In this document: piece by piece, positions 10,273 through 19,180 of the stretch
How positions within the stretch are numbered: the first letter of the stretch is position 1
Layout: each line of letters opens with the position of its first letter
Source of the DNA: Flavobacteriales bacterium
GTDB lineage: Bacteria; Bacteroidota; Bacteroidia; Flavobacteriales_E; Vicingaceae
Reading direction: 5' to 3'
Assembly: GCA_015075325.1 (NCBI GenBank)
Contig: JABTUP010000011.1
Span: 27,072 to 91,071, forward strand
DNA length: 64,000 bases
The notes under the pieces: model-generated
The model's input: only the letters and a program-made list of their open reading frames with translations
The model's database searches: none
What the model was told of the DNA's origin: nothing
Program-made: the position numbers and the translations under genes

Positions 10273-10887
10273 ATGTATTTAGTAAAAACACCAAAAGTTT
10301 TAAAACGCACCTACCCCAAATACATTTGGGATTTTACCTCTATAGAAAAAACTATTTATTTAACTTTTGATGACGGTCCAACTCCAGAAATTACCTCATG
10401 GGTTTTGGATGAACTAAAAAAATACAATGCAAAAGCTACTTTTTTCTGTATCGGAAAAAACGTAGAACAACACCCCGATTTGTTTAATCATATTTTAGCT
10501 CAAGAACACGCTGTTGGAAACCACACATACAACCATTTAAACGGCTGGGAAACCAAATCTTTCCCTTATTTAAAAGATGTGGTAAAATGTAGCAAAGTAT
10601 TTCAATCAGCACTTTTTCGCCCTCCATACGGAAAGCTTACTCGCTTTCAAGCCAAAGCCATATTATCAGATTATACTATCATAATGTGGGATGTGTTGAG
10701 TGCCGATTTTGATAAAAATTGTTCGCCAGAAAAATGCCTAAAAAATGTGCTACAAAACGCAAAAAAAGGTTCTATTGTTGTTTTTCACGATAGTTTAAAA
10801 GCAGAAAAAAATTTAAAATACACCTTACCTAAAGTATTGGAACACTTTACCAAACTAGGATTTCAATTTAAAGCAATTACTAACTAA
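10273..10887 (+). CDS. Polysaccharide deacetylase (CE4/NodB)
   Basis: YLTFDDGP, ATFFCIG, GNHTYNH, FRPPYG, VVFHD. Confidence 0.95.
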   Translation: MYLVKTPKVLKRTYPKYIWDFTSIEKTIYLTFDDGPTPEITSWVLDELKKYNAKATFFCIGKNVEQHPDLFNHILAQEHAVGNHTYNHLNGWETKSFPYLKDVVKCSKVFQSALFRPPYGKLTRFQAKAILSDYTIIMWDVLSADFDKNCSPEKCLKNVLQNAKKGSIVVFHDSLKAEKNLKYTLPKVLEHFTKLGFQFKAITN

Positions 10888-10898
10888 ATCTAATAACA

Positions 10899-11099
10899 AT
10901 GAAAAAAAACATGGGTAACATCGACAGAATTTTTAGAATTATTCTGGCAATTGCATTTTCAGTAGTATATTTTACAAAAACTGTTGAAGGAACATTAGGA
11001 TTTGTTTTACTGGGTTTGGGTGCAATATTTATCCTAACCAGCATCGTTAGTTTCTGCCCACTTTACACTCTTTTTGGATTAAATACGTGCAAAAAGTAA
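10899..11099 (+). CDS. DUF2892 (YgaP-like) small membrane protein
   Basis: MKKNMGNIDRIFR...FCPLYTLFGLNTC signature. Confidence 0.9.
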   Translation: MKKNMGNIDRIFRIILAIAFSVVYFTKTVEGTLGFVLLGLGAIFILTSIVSFCPLYTLFGLNTCKK

Positions 11100-11654
11100 T
11101 TTTTCAATAACAACAGGAAAATGTTGATATTCTAACGCATGAATTTTTTGAGCTAAGTCTGAGGCATTATCTGATGGTAATACTTCACATTTGGCTTGAA
11201 AAATAACATTTCCTTCATCGTATTTTTCATTTACATAATGAATGGTAATGCCTGATTCTTTTTCATTGTTAGCCACTACCGATTCATGCACTTTATCGCC
11301 ATACATTCCTTTGCCGCCATATTTTGGTAATAATGCTGGGTGAATATTTATAATTTTATCGGGAAAAGCTTTTACTAATTGTTCGGGAATCAGCCATAAA
11401 AACCCCGCTAGAACAATTAAATCAACATTTTTACTTTTAAGCAAATCGACAATTTTAGTGGTTTCATAAAATTGTTGTCTATCAAAAATCTCACAAGGAA
11501 TAGCAAGTCTGTTAGCTCGTTCAATAACCTTAGCAGTTGAATTATTGGTTAAAATCAACGAAACCTCAACTTTATCATTTGCTTTAAAATAGTCGTAAAT
11601 ATTTTCTGCATTAGACCCACTACCTGAAGCAAAAATGGCTATTCTTTTCATCAT
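11079..11654 (-). CDS. purN: Phosphoribosylglycinamide formyltransferase
   Basis: IAIFASGSGSNA, LAGFL, INIHPALLPKYGGKGMYG, ESGITIHYV. Start at ATG 11654 or 11651. Confidence 0.95.
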   Translation of the reverse strand: MMKRIAIFASGSGSNAENIYDYFKANDKVEVSLILTNNSTAKVIERANRLAIPCEIFDRQQFYETTKIVDLLKSKNVDLIVLAGFLWLIPEQLVKAFPDKIINIHPALLPKYGGKGMYGDKVHESVVANNEKESGITIHYVNEKYDEGNVIFQAKCEVLPSDNASDLAQKIHALEYQHFPVVIEKLLFARI

Positions 11655-11857
11655 TTTGTTGTTTTTAACGAACAACAAAAGTAATTAAACTCACCAATAA
11701 ATCGATTTTGCTATTGATGAATATAGAAAAACAAGCAATTCCACAAAAATAACATCAATTTGGAAACGAATAATGTTAAAAATATTTGATTATGTTGATA
11801 GAAATAATTTTCTTTGCAGACTGAAAAATTAAAAACAAACCATTAAAACTAAATAAC

Positions 11858-12094
11858 ATGTCAGATATTAAAGGAAGAGTAGTATCAATTATTGTTGACA
11901 AATTAGGAGTTGACGAAAAAGAAGTAACAGCTGAAGCAAGCTTTACAAACGATTTAGGAGCAGATTCACTTGATACTGTAGAATTAATCATGGAATTCGA
12001 AAAAGAATTTAATATTGCTATTCCAGACGATCAAGCAGAGAAAATTGCTACTGTTGGTGATGCTATCAAATACATCGAAAGCAACGCAAAGTAA
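11858..12094 (+). CDS. acpP: Acyl carrier protein
   Basis: [12 protein letters not shown] phosphopantetheine site. Confidence 0.98.
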   Translation: MSDIKGRVVSIIVDKLGVDEKEVTAEASFTNDLGADSLDTVELIMEFEKEFNIAIPDDQAEKIATVGDAIKYIESNAK

Positions 12095-12119
12095 GAAACT
12101 AAACAGTTTAATTGAAATT

Positions 12120-12148
12120 GCTTTGGATTAAAGTTCAAAGCTTTTTCT
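12120..12148 (+). terminator. Possible intrinsic terminator/attenuator after acpP
   Basis: gctttgga...ttcaaagc imperfect stem followed by a T run. Confidence 0.45.
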
Positions 12149-12178
12149 GTTTATATTAACCATGTTAATTACCTCTAA

Positions 12179-13432
12179 ATGGAATTAAAAAGAGTTGTTG
12201 TTACAGGCATTGGTGCCATTACCCCACTCGGAAATACTTTTCCGGAAACATGGGAGAACCTTAAAAAAGGCGTTAGCGGTTGTGCTAAAATTACTCGCTT
12301 CGACGCATCAAAATTTAAAACACAATTTGCATGTGAAGTAAAAAACTTCAATGCAGAGGATTATTTTGACAGAAAAGAAGCTAGAAAAATTGATCCTTAT
12401 ACTCAATTTGCATTAATCGCAGCAAGAGAAGCAGTTAAAGATGCCAACCTTGAAGTTGAAAAATTAAACCTCGATAGAGTTGGAGTAATTTGGGGTTCTG
12501 GAATTGGAGGGTTAAAAACTTTTCAAGATGAAGTTACTGGATTTGCTCAAGGCGATGGTACTCCTCGCTTCAACCCATTTTTTATACCAAAAATGATTGC
12601 TGATATTGCTTCAGGTATGATTTCTATGGAATTTGGATTTAGAGGACCTAACTTTACAACTGTTGCTGCATGTGCTTCTTCTACCAACGCATTAATCGAT
12701 GCTTTTAACTATATCAGATTAGGAAAAGCAGATGTGTTTGTATCTGGTGGTTCTGAAGCATCTGTTGCAGAAGCAGGAATGGGCGGTTTTAACGCCATGC
12801 ATGCACTTTCTACAAGAAACGATTCTCCAGAAACAGCTTCTCGTCCGTTTGATAAAGATCGTGATGGTTTTGTTATGGGTGAAGGTGGTGTTTCTATTAT
12901 TTTAGAAGAATATAATCACGCAATAAAAAGAGGTGCAAAAATATATGCCGAAGTTGTTGGTGGCGGAATGTCAGCCGATGCTCATCACATGACAGCTCCT
13001 CACCCAGAAGGATTAGGTGCTAAAAATGTAATGCTTTCGGCATTAAGTGATGCTGGATTAAAACCTGAAGATATTGATTACATCAATGTTCATGGAACTT
13101 CTACTCCTCTTGGAGATATTGCTGAATCTCAAGCAATAATGAATGTTTTTGGTGAACATGCTTTTAAATTAAATATCAGTTCTACTAAATCAATGACTGG
13201 TCATTTGTTAGGTGCGGCAGGTGCATTAGAAGCAATGGCAACTTTAATGGCTGTTAAGGAAGATATTGTTCCTCCAACCATTAATCACTTTACTGACGAT
13301 GAGTCTTTCGACCCAAGATTAAACTTTACATTTAATAACGCTCAAAAACGCGAAGTTAGAGCTGCATTAAGTAATACTTTTGGATTTGGAGGACACAATG
13401 CTTCTGTAGTATTCAAAAAGTACAAACCATAA
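12179..13432 (+). CDS. fabF: 3-oxoacyl-ACP synthase II
   Basis: TVAACASS, HGTSTPLGD, KSMTGHLLGAAG, SNTFGFGGHN. Confidence 0.97.
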   Translation: MELKRVVVTGIGAITPLGNTFPETWENLKKGVSGCAKITRFDASKFKTQFACEVKNFNAEDYFDRKEARKIDPYTQFALIAAREAVKDANLEVEKLNLDRVGVIWGSGIGGLKTFQDEVTGFAQGDGTPRFNPFFIPKMIADIASGMISMEFGFRGPNFTTVAACASSTNALIDAFNYIRLGKADVFVSGGSEASVAEAGMGGFNAMHALSTRNDSPETASRPFDKDRDGFVMGEGGVSIILEEYNHAIKRGAKIYAEVVGGGMSADAHHMTAPHPEGLGAKNVMLSALSDAGLKPEDIDYINVHGTSTPLGDIAESQAIMNVFGEHAFKLNISSTKSMTGHLLGAAGALEAMATLMAVKEDIVPPTINHFTDDESFDPRLNFTFNNAQKREVRAALSNTFGFGGHNASVVFKKYKP

Positions 13433-13462
13433 TTAATCCGTTAACCAACGGATGAAATTTTT

Positions 13463-14167
13463 ATGGCTTTAAATATCTTTCGAAAAAAATCTGAATATGC
13501 GTTCAAGCTTGAACGCATATTAGGTTTTTATCCCAAACAGATTTCCCTTTATCAACAGGCTTTTACCCACAAGTCGATGCTAATTAGCACCAACAAACCT
13601 GTTTATGAAAGCAATGAAAGATTGGAGTTTTTAGGTGATGCCATTCTTGATGCGGTTATTTCTGTTTATATTTTCAAAAAATTTCCTTTTAAAGACGAAG
13701 GTTTCCTCACACAACTTCGTTCAAAATTGGTTAGCCGACATTTTTTAAACAATTTGGCAAGTAAAATAGGCTTAAACGAATTTATAGAGTCGAACTTAGA
13801 TAGAGAATCGAAAACGGTATTGGGCGATGCCTTAGAGGCTTTAATTGGAGCTATTTACTTGGATAAAGGCTTTAAAAAAGCAGAAGAATTTGTGTTAATT
13901 CGATTATTTGAAACTCACGTAGTTTTAGAAGATGTATTGGAAACCGAAACCGATTATAAAAGCAGAACCATTGAATACGCCCAAAAAGGAAAACATAAAA
14001 TAGAGTTTGAATCAGAAGAATTAGGCGAAGGAAACAAGAAATTTTATAAAGTAAAATTGTTTATCGATAATCAACTATTAGGTGTTGGCGAAGCCATAAG
14101 CAAAAAATTGGCTGAACAAATTGCCTGCGAACAATTCTTTAAAGAAAAGGAAGAAAATTCAAATTAA
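13463..14167 (+). CDS. rnc: Ribonuclease III
   Basis: NERLEFLGDA, DALEALIGA, C-terminal dsRBD; acpP-fabF-rnc order. Confidence 0.97.
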   Translation: MALNIFRKKSEYAFKLERILGFYPKQISLYQQAFTHKSMLISTNKPVYESNERLEFLGDAILDAVISVYIFKKFPFKDEGFLTQLRSKLVSRHFLNNLASKIGLNEFIESNLDRESKTVLGDALEALIGAIYLDKGFKKAEEFVLIRLFETHVVLEDVLETETDYKSRTIEYAQKGKHKIEFESEELGEGNKKFYKVKLFIDNQLLGVGEAISKKLAEQIACEQFFKEKEENSN

Positions 14168-14169
14168 GA

Positions 14170-14919
14170 TTAAACCAAGTGATGCTTTTCTAATTCTTGG
14201 TGAATTATAGCATACACTTTATCTCTCAATGAATCTACATCAGCCTCTGTTAACCCCTTGGTTGAAATAGGTTCATGAATTATAGCTTTTGCCATTCCTG
14301 GTCCGGCTTTTCCAGTAAATAAACCTCTCATCTCTAATCGTTGGTAATTGCTTAAAAAAGTTATTGGAACAACAGGGACTTGTTTTTCGATAGCCAATTT
14401 AAATGCTCCATTTTTAAAACTTCCCATTTTTGGACAAGATTTTGGAATAGTTCCTTCTGGAAAAAGAACCACCGAATTTCCTTTATCCAATTCTTCCGAA
14501 CACCTATCAAGAGCTGCTTTTCCCGAAGCATTGCTTTTTCTATCCACAGCAATATTCATGTCTTTAAAAAAAATATTGAATAGGGGTATTTTCTTCAATT
14601 CAATTTTGCCTAAGAAAACAAAATAGCTTGGAATAATATGGTACAAAATAAGAATATCGGCATACGAAGTATGGTTTGGAGTATAAATGTATGTTGCGTT
14701 TTTATCTAAAAGATGACGATTTTTCACTTTTAATTTAATTCCCGTTACCACCATCAACAATCGAGTATGAAGCTTTAACAACTGCATGGCTTTGTTAAAG
14801 TTTTTCTCTTGTTTTAACCAAACAACATAGATAGGATAAAGAATAAGCAACAAGCCTGTAAACCAAGTTGCAGCATAAAGTTTCCAAATTCCACCTAATA
14901 TTTCTTTTGTTTTCTTCAT
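14170..14919 (-). CDS. 1-acyl-sn-glycerol-3-phosphate acyltransferase (PlsC family)
   Basis: NHTSYAD (NHxxxxD) and LFPEGT. The ORF-track start at 14988 falls inside a repeat element, so ATG 14919 is preferred. Confidence 0.9.
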   Translation of the reverse strand: MKKTKEILGGIWKLYAATWFTGLLLILYPIYVVWLKQEKNFNKAMQLLKLHTRLLMVVTGIKLKVKNRHLLDKNATYIYTPNHTSYADILILYHIIPSYFVFLGKIELKKIPLFNIFFKDMNIAVDRKSNASGKAALDRCSEELDKGNSVVLFPEGTIPKSCPKMGSFKNGAFKLAIEKQVPVVPITFLSNYQRLEMRGLFTGKAGPGMAKAIIHEPISTKGLTEADVDSLRDKVYAIIHQELEKHHLV

Positions 14920-14975
14920 GTTTTGTAGAAGCAAAGGTATAAAAAAGAGGTTATAGTTTGTATCAAATAGTTTAG

Positions 14976-15064
14976 ACACTAATTTCACTAATTAAAACAT
15001 AAAAATTAATGTAATTCGTGTCAAAAAGAATTCGTTGATGAATAAAATTTGTGCAATTCGTGTC
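14976..15064. repeat. Inverted-repeat element related to the GxxExxY-flanking repeats
   Basis: gacactaatttcactaatt (14976-14994) against the reverse complement of 15046-15064, gacacgaattgcacaaatt. Compare gccacaaattgcactaatt at 50799. aattcgtgtcaaaaa occurs twice. Confidence 0.7.
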
Positions 15065-15072
15065 AAAAAAAT

Positions 15073-15080
15073 TACTTTTG
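15073..15080 (+). promoter_or_regulatory. -7 promoter element (TAnnTTTG) for trpS
   Basis: tacttttg, 4 nt before ATG 15085. Confidence 0.6.
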
Positions 15081-15084
15081 CTAC

Positions 15085-16053
15085 ATGGCACGAATATTAA
15101 CAGGAGTTCAAAGTACAGGAACACCGCACTTAGGAAATTTATTGGGAGCAATTTTGCCTGCAATAGAAATGGCAAACGACCCAAAAAATGAAGCATTTTT
15201 GTTTATTGCAGATTTGCATTCGTTAACTCAAATAAAAGATGCGAAAACATTACGTGAAAACACCAACAATACGGCAGCTGTTTGGTTGGCGTGCGGTTTA
15301 AACCCAGCAACAACAGTGTTTTATCGCCAGTCGGATGTACCAGAAGTAACCGAACTTTCGTGGTATTTGAGCTGTTTTTTCCCTTACCAACGCTTAACCT
15401 TAGCTCATTCGTTTAAAGATAAATCGGACCGATTGGAAGATGTGAATGCAGGTTTATTTACTTATCCGATGCTGATGGCTGCAGATATTTTATTGTATGA
15501 TGCCGAATTGGTTCCTGTTGGAAAAGATCAATTGCAACATTTAGAAATGGCTCGTGATGTTGCCAACCGTTTTAACCATCAAATGGGAGAAACACTGATT
15601 CCGCCACAAGCTAAAATACAAGAAGACTCAAAGCTAATTCCTGGAACAGATGGTGATAAAATGAGCAAATCGAAAAACAATACTATTAATATTTTCTTGT
15701 CGGACAAAGAGTTGAAGAAACAAATTATGGGCATACAAACCGACAGCACTCCATTAGAAGAACCAAAAAACCCAGATACTTGTAATGTTTTTGCCTTATA
15801 CAAATTAGTAGCAAAACCAGAGCAGACCGAAGATTTGAGAAAAAAATATTTAGCTGGAAATTTTGGATACGGACACGCAAAAACAGCATTGTTTGAATTG
15901 TTGTTGGAACGATTTGCAAAAGAACGTGAACGGTTTAACTATTACACTCAGAACTTACCCGAACTGGAAAAAGAGCTACAACTAGGAGCCGAAAAAGCCC
16001 GAAAAGTAGCCCAACCTGTTTTAAAACGAGTTAGAGAAAAGTTGGGTTATTAG
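15085..16053 (+). CDS. trpS: Tryptophan--tRNA ligase
   Basis: TGVQSTGTPHLGN (HIGH-like), YPMLMAADIL, VPVGKDQLQH, KMSKS. Confidence 0.97.
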   Translation: MARILTGVQSTGTPHLGNLLGAILPAIEMANDPKNEAFLFIADLHSLTQIKDAKTLRENTNNTAAVWLACGLNPATTVFYRQSDVPEVTELSWYLSCFFPYQRLTLAHSFKDKSDRLEDVNAGLFTYPMLMAADILLYDAELVPVGKDQLQHLEMARDVANRFNHQMGETLIPPQAKIQEDSKLIPGTDGDKMSKSKNNTINIFLSDKELKKQIMGIQTDSTPLEEPKNPDTCNVFALYKLVAKPEQTEDLRKKYLAGNFGYGHAKTALFELLLERFAKERERFNYYTQNLPELEKELQLGAEKARKVAQPVLKRVREKLGY

Positions 16054-16122
16054 TTCACAAAAGCCAAATTCAATTCAAGAATGGCTAAATACTTTTTTTG
16101 TATTTTATAATGATGAAAAAAA

Positions 16123-16148
16123 AATCCCTCCTTTTTGGTGGAGGGATT
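16123..16148. terminator. Intrinsic terminator between convergent trpS and glyQS
   Basis: aatccctcc-N8-ggagggatt stem with an A run on the left (U tail for the minus strand). Confidence 0.75.
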
Positions 16149-16164
16149 AATACAGGTGATTTTA

Positions 16165-17703
16165 CTATCCTAATAATTTTCTGACATCAAACTTTTCTTT
16201 AAAAAGAGTTTCCAATGCCGAAATACTTACTCGTTGTTGTTCCATGGTATCTCTGTCACGAACAGTAACGGTGTTGTCTTCTAATGTTTGGTGGTCAACA
16301 GTAATACAAAAAGGTGTTCCAATCGCATCTTGTCGTCTGTATCGTTTTCCTACAGAGTCTTTTTCGTCGAATTGGCAATGGTAATCGTATTTCAGTTGAT
16401 TGATAATTTCTTGAGCTTTTTCGGGTAATCCATCTTTTTTAATTAGAGGGAAAACCGCCACTTTTATTGGTGCTAAAAATGCTGGAATAGCTAAAACTGT
16501 ACGTTCCGAACCATCTTCCAATTTTTGCTCTTGAAAAGCAGCAGAAAGTATGGCTAAAAATGTTCGGTCCAAACCAACAGAAGTTTCAACTACATAAGGC
16601 ACGTAGCTTTCGTTTAGTTCGGTATCAAAATATTGTAATTTTTTGCCCGAATGTTTTTCGTGTTGTTTTAAATCGAAATCGGTTCTAGAATGTATTCCTT
16701 CCAATTCCTTGAAACCCATTGGGAAATTAAATTCAATATCGCAAGCTGCATTGGCATAATGAGCCAGTTTAATGTGGTCGTGAAAACGATAATATTTTTG
16801 ATCGATACCTAATGATTGGTGCCATTTTATACGCTCGTTTTTCCAGTATTCATACCATTTCATTTCTTCGCCCGGACGAACAAAAAATTGCATTTCCATT
16901 TGTTCAAACTCACGCATACGGAAAATAAACTGACGGGCAACAATTTCGTTTCTAAAGGCTTTTCCAATTTGGGCAATACCAAACGGAATTTTCATTCGTC
17001 CTGTTTTTTGCACGTTCAAGAAGTTTACAAAAATTCCTTGAGCGGTTTCTGGTCGTAAATATATTTTGTTGGCAGTTTCAGAAACCGAACCTATTTCAGT
17101 GCTAAACATTAAGTTAAATTGTTTTACATCGGTCCAATTCTTTGAACCAGAAATAGGGCAAGCAATTTCTAAATCTTCAATTAATTTTTTAACTCCAGTC
17201 AAGTCATCGTTGTTCATACACGCTTTAAAACGAGCGTTTATTTCATCAATTTTAGATTGGTTTCTTAGTACGTTTGGATTAGTTGCTAAAAACTGTTCGC
17301 GGTTAAAAGCATCGCCAAAACGAGCTTGAGCTTTTTCTGCTTCTTTTTCGTTTTTAGCTTCAATTTTTCCGATGTATTCTTCAATTAACACGTCGGCACG
17401 GTATCTTTTTTTCGAATCTTTGTTGTCGATTAACGGGTCGTTAAAGGCATCAACGTGTCCCGATGCTTTCCATGTTTCGGGGTGCATAAAAATTGCGGCA
17501 TCAATACCCACAATGTTTTCGTGCATTTGCACCATGGCTTTCCACCAATATTCTTTAATGTTTTTTTTGAGTTCGCTACCTAACTGACCATAGTCGTAAA
17601 CCGCACTAAGTCCGTCGTAAATTTCACTCGATTGAAATACATATCCATACTCTTTCGCATGCGATATGATTTTTTTTAGGTTGTCTTCGTTTGTAATTGC
17701 CAT
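16165..17703 (-). CDS. glyQS: Glycine--tRNA ligase (alpha2 type)
   Basis: YLRPETAQG, FRNEIVARQFIFRMREFEQME, VETSVGLDR, YRRQDAIGTPFC anticodon domain. Confidence 0.96.
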   Translation of the reverse strand: MAITNEDNLKKIISHAKEYGYVFQSSEIYDGLSAVYDYGQLGSELKKNIKEYWWKAMVQMHENIVGIDAAIFMHPETWKASGHVDAFNDPLIDNKDSKKRYRADVLIEEYIGKIEAKNEKEAEKAQARFGDAFNREQFLATNPNVLRNQSKIDEINARFKACMNNDDLTGVKKLIEDLEIACPISGSKNWTDVKQFNLMFSTEIGSVSETANKIYLRPETAQGIFVNFLNVQKTGRMKIPFGIAQIGKAFRNEIVARQFIFRMREFEQMEMQFFVRPGEEMKWYEYWKNERIKWHQSLGIDQKYYRFHDHIKLAHYANAACDIEFNFPMGFKELEGIHSRTDFDLKQHEKHSGKKLQYFDTELNESYVPYVVETSVGLDRTFLAILSAAFQEQKLEDGSERTVLAIPAFLAPIKVAVFPLIKKDGLPEKAQEIINQLKYDYHCQFDEKDSVGKRYRRQDAIGTPFCITVDHQTLEDNTVTVRDRDTMEQQRVSISALETLFKEKFDVRKLLG

Positions 17704-17707
17704 GCGG

Positions 17708-17715
17708 CAAAAGTA
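17708..17715 (-). promoter_or_regulatory. -7 promoter element (TAnnTTTG) for glyQS
   Basis: Minus strand tacttttg, 4 nt before the ATG at 17703. Confidence 0.6.
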
Positions 17716-17734
17716 ACTTTTTTTACTTCAAAAA

Positions 17735-18220
17735 TTACTTCATCATTTTTACTTTCGATACATTTTTTTCTTGAGGTCGGAATCCTACTAATATAGATAC
17801 ACAACCTTGAGGTAATATTTTTATTGATTTTTCATCCATTTTAGGCACCGAAACCACCACAATTAATTGCTGTGTGTTGTTTACCCTAAAATCCCAAAAA
17901 GGTTTGGTGTCGCCTTCTTTACTTGAAAATAACTCTTTACCTGTTTTGTCTTTTATTTTAAATGTTACGTTGCCCAACACTTCCTGCCACAATACTAAAA
18001 CGCGGTAATCGTTACCCGCATTAAAAGTCATTTCAATTTCTGCTTCATCGCCAGGCATAAATTTAGTGCTGGTTAATTGCCCATTGTGAATAAATGGTTC
18101 TAAGGCAGGAAATCCTTGTTTTTTGGTAAACGAAGTACATTGTGCAAACGTTGTGTTTGAAAGCCCTATAAAAACAAATAAAATGGAGCTAATGATAAGT
18201 GTTTTATTCAATGATTTCAT
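17735..18220 (-). CDS. Hypothetical exported protein
   Basis: Signal peptide ending TFA|Q; beta-rich mature part; overlaps the upstream lipoprotein gene. Confidence 0.7.
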   Translation of the reverse strand: MKSLNKTLIISSILFVFIGLSNTTFAQCTSFTKKQGFPALEPFIHNGQLTSTKFMPGDEAEIEMTFNAGNDYRVLVLWQEVLGNVTFKIKDKTGKELFSSKEGDTKPFWDFRVNNTQQLIVVVSVPKMDEKSIKILPQGCVSILVGFRPQEKNVSKVKMMK

Positions 18221-19079
18221 TTCTTAATGTTTTTATGTTTTGTGCTATTTCAAAAATTATTTCAGGAGTGTATTGTAGCGATGAACCTCCACTAATTACA
18301 GCAACATTTTCGTTGCTCGAAACACTTGTTGAAGTACTGGAAACTGTTATTTTATCAAAACTTGCTTTTATCACTAAAAGTTTTTCTTTTAGCTTAATGG
18401 TTTCTTCGTGGTCATATAATTCCATTAATTCAATTAGGCTTTCCATAGCGTATTTTTGGTCGGCAATAGCTTTCATAATTGGTTCGCTTGGTTTTTCTTT
18501 TTTAAGACCAGCCGAACCCAAGTATAAACCTTCAATCCATCCTCCTGCTATTGATAAGGCAGATAAATAATCTTGTTGGTTTTCTTTTAAATGCGAGTCG
18601 GCAATCCAATAAGAATCGTTGATGATATTCATTAAAGAATCTCTGTTGTTGAGATTGCGTTCAATACGTTCAATGGTTTCTACATCAAAAGCAGCTGTAA
18701 TACCAAGTTCATCTGCCATTTTTTTCGCACAATTCATATAAAACATACATTGTTGCGATTGATCAAAAATGTTGGCATAACTCAAATCAGCACCATATAC
18801 ACCAAAGTTTAATGCTTGTTTTGTGCTTGTTGAATAATTGCTCACATTATCAATAGGGTTTAGTAATCCTATGTTAAAACCAACCCCAGAACTTTCAAAA
18901 ATTAAGGCGGTTTCGTAAGGTGAAGGAATAGAGTAAAATACTTTTTTGGCTTTGTCAACCCTGCTATTGATTAATGCAGAATCAACTTCGGTTGATAAAA
19001 CATCATCATCGGTTTCAGAGGAGTTTCCTCCGCAAGAAAACAATGTAAAAGCAATTAAAAATAGTGGAATATATTTCAT
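18204..19079 (-). CDS. Hypothetical lipoprotein
   Basis: Lipobox LFSC and predominantly helical sequence; TAnnTTTG (tatctttg) at 19103-19110 upstream. Confidence 0.75.
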   Translation of the reverse strand: MKYIPLFLIAFTLFSCGGNSSETDDDVLSTEVDSALINSRVDKAKKVFYSIPSPYETALIFESSGVGFNIGLLNPIDNVSNYSTSTKQALNFGVYGADLSYANIFDQSQQCMFYMNCAKKMADELGITAAFDVETIERIERNLNNRDSLMNIINDSYWIADSHLKENQQDYLSALSIAGGWIEGLYLGSAGLKKEKPSEPIMKAIADQKYAMESLIELMELYDHEETIKLKEKLLVIKASFDKITVSSTSTSVSSNENVAVISGGSSLQYTPEIIFEIAQNIKTLRNEIIE

Positions 19080-19113
19080 GATTTTTTCAATTAAATTATG
19101 TTCAAAGATATAA

Positions 19114-19159
19114 AAATTAATGAGCCTCTAACCAATTTTTTGCTGAATTCATTTCAACT
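19114..19159 (-). repeat. Displaced duplicate of the polA 3' end (att-like direct repeat, distal copy)
   Basis: 46 bp, 44/46 identical to 21162-21207; encodes VEMNSAKNWLEAH* on the minus strand. Confidence 0.95.
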
Positions 19160-19180
19160 ATATGGATTAGAATAGTTATC

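Noticed and set aside
13436-13453. Hairpin atccgtt-aacc-aacggat just upstream of rnc as an RNase III autoregulation site
   Set aside because: A 7-bp stem is too short for a typical RNase III substrate; more likely a weak terminator or stabiliser.
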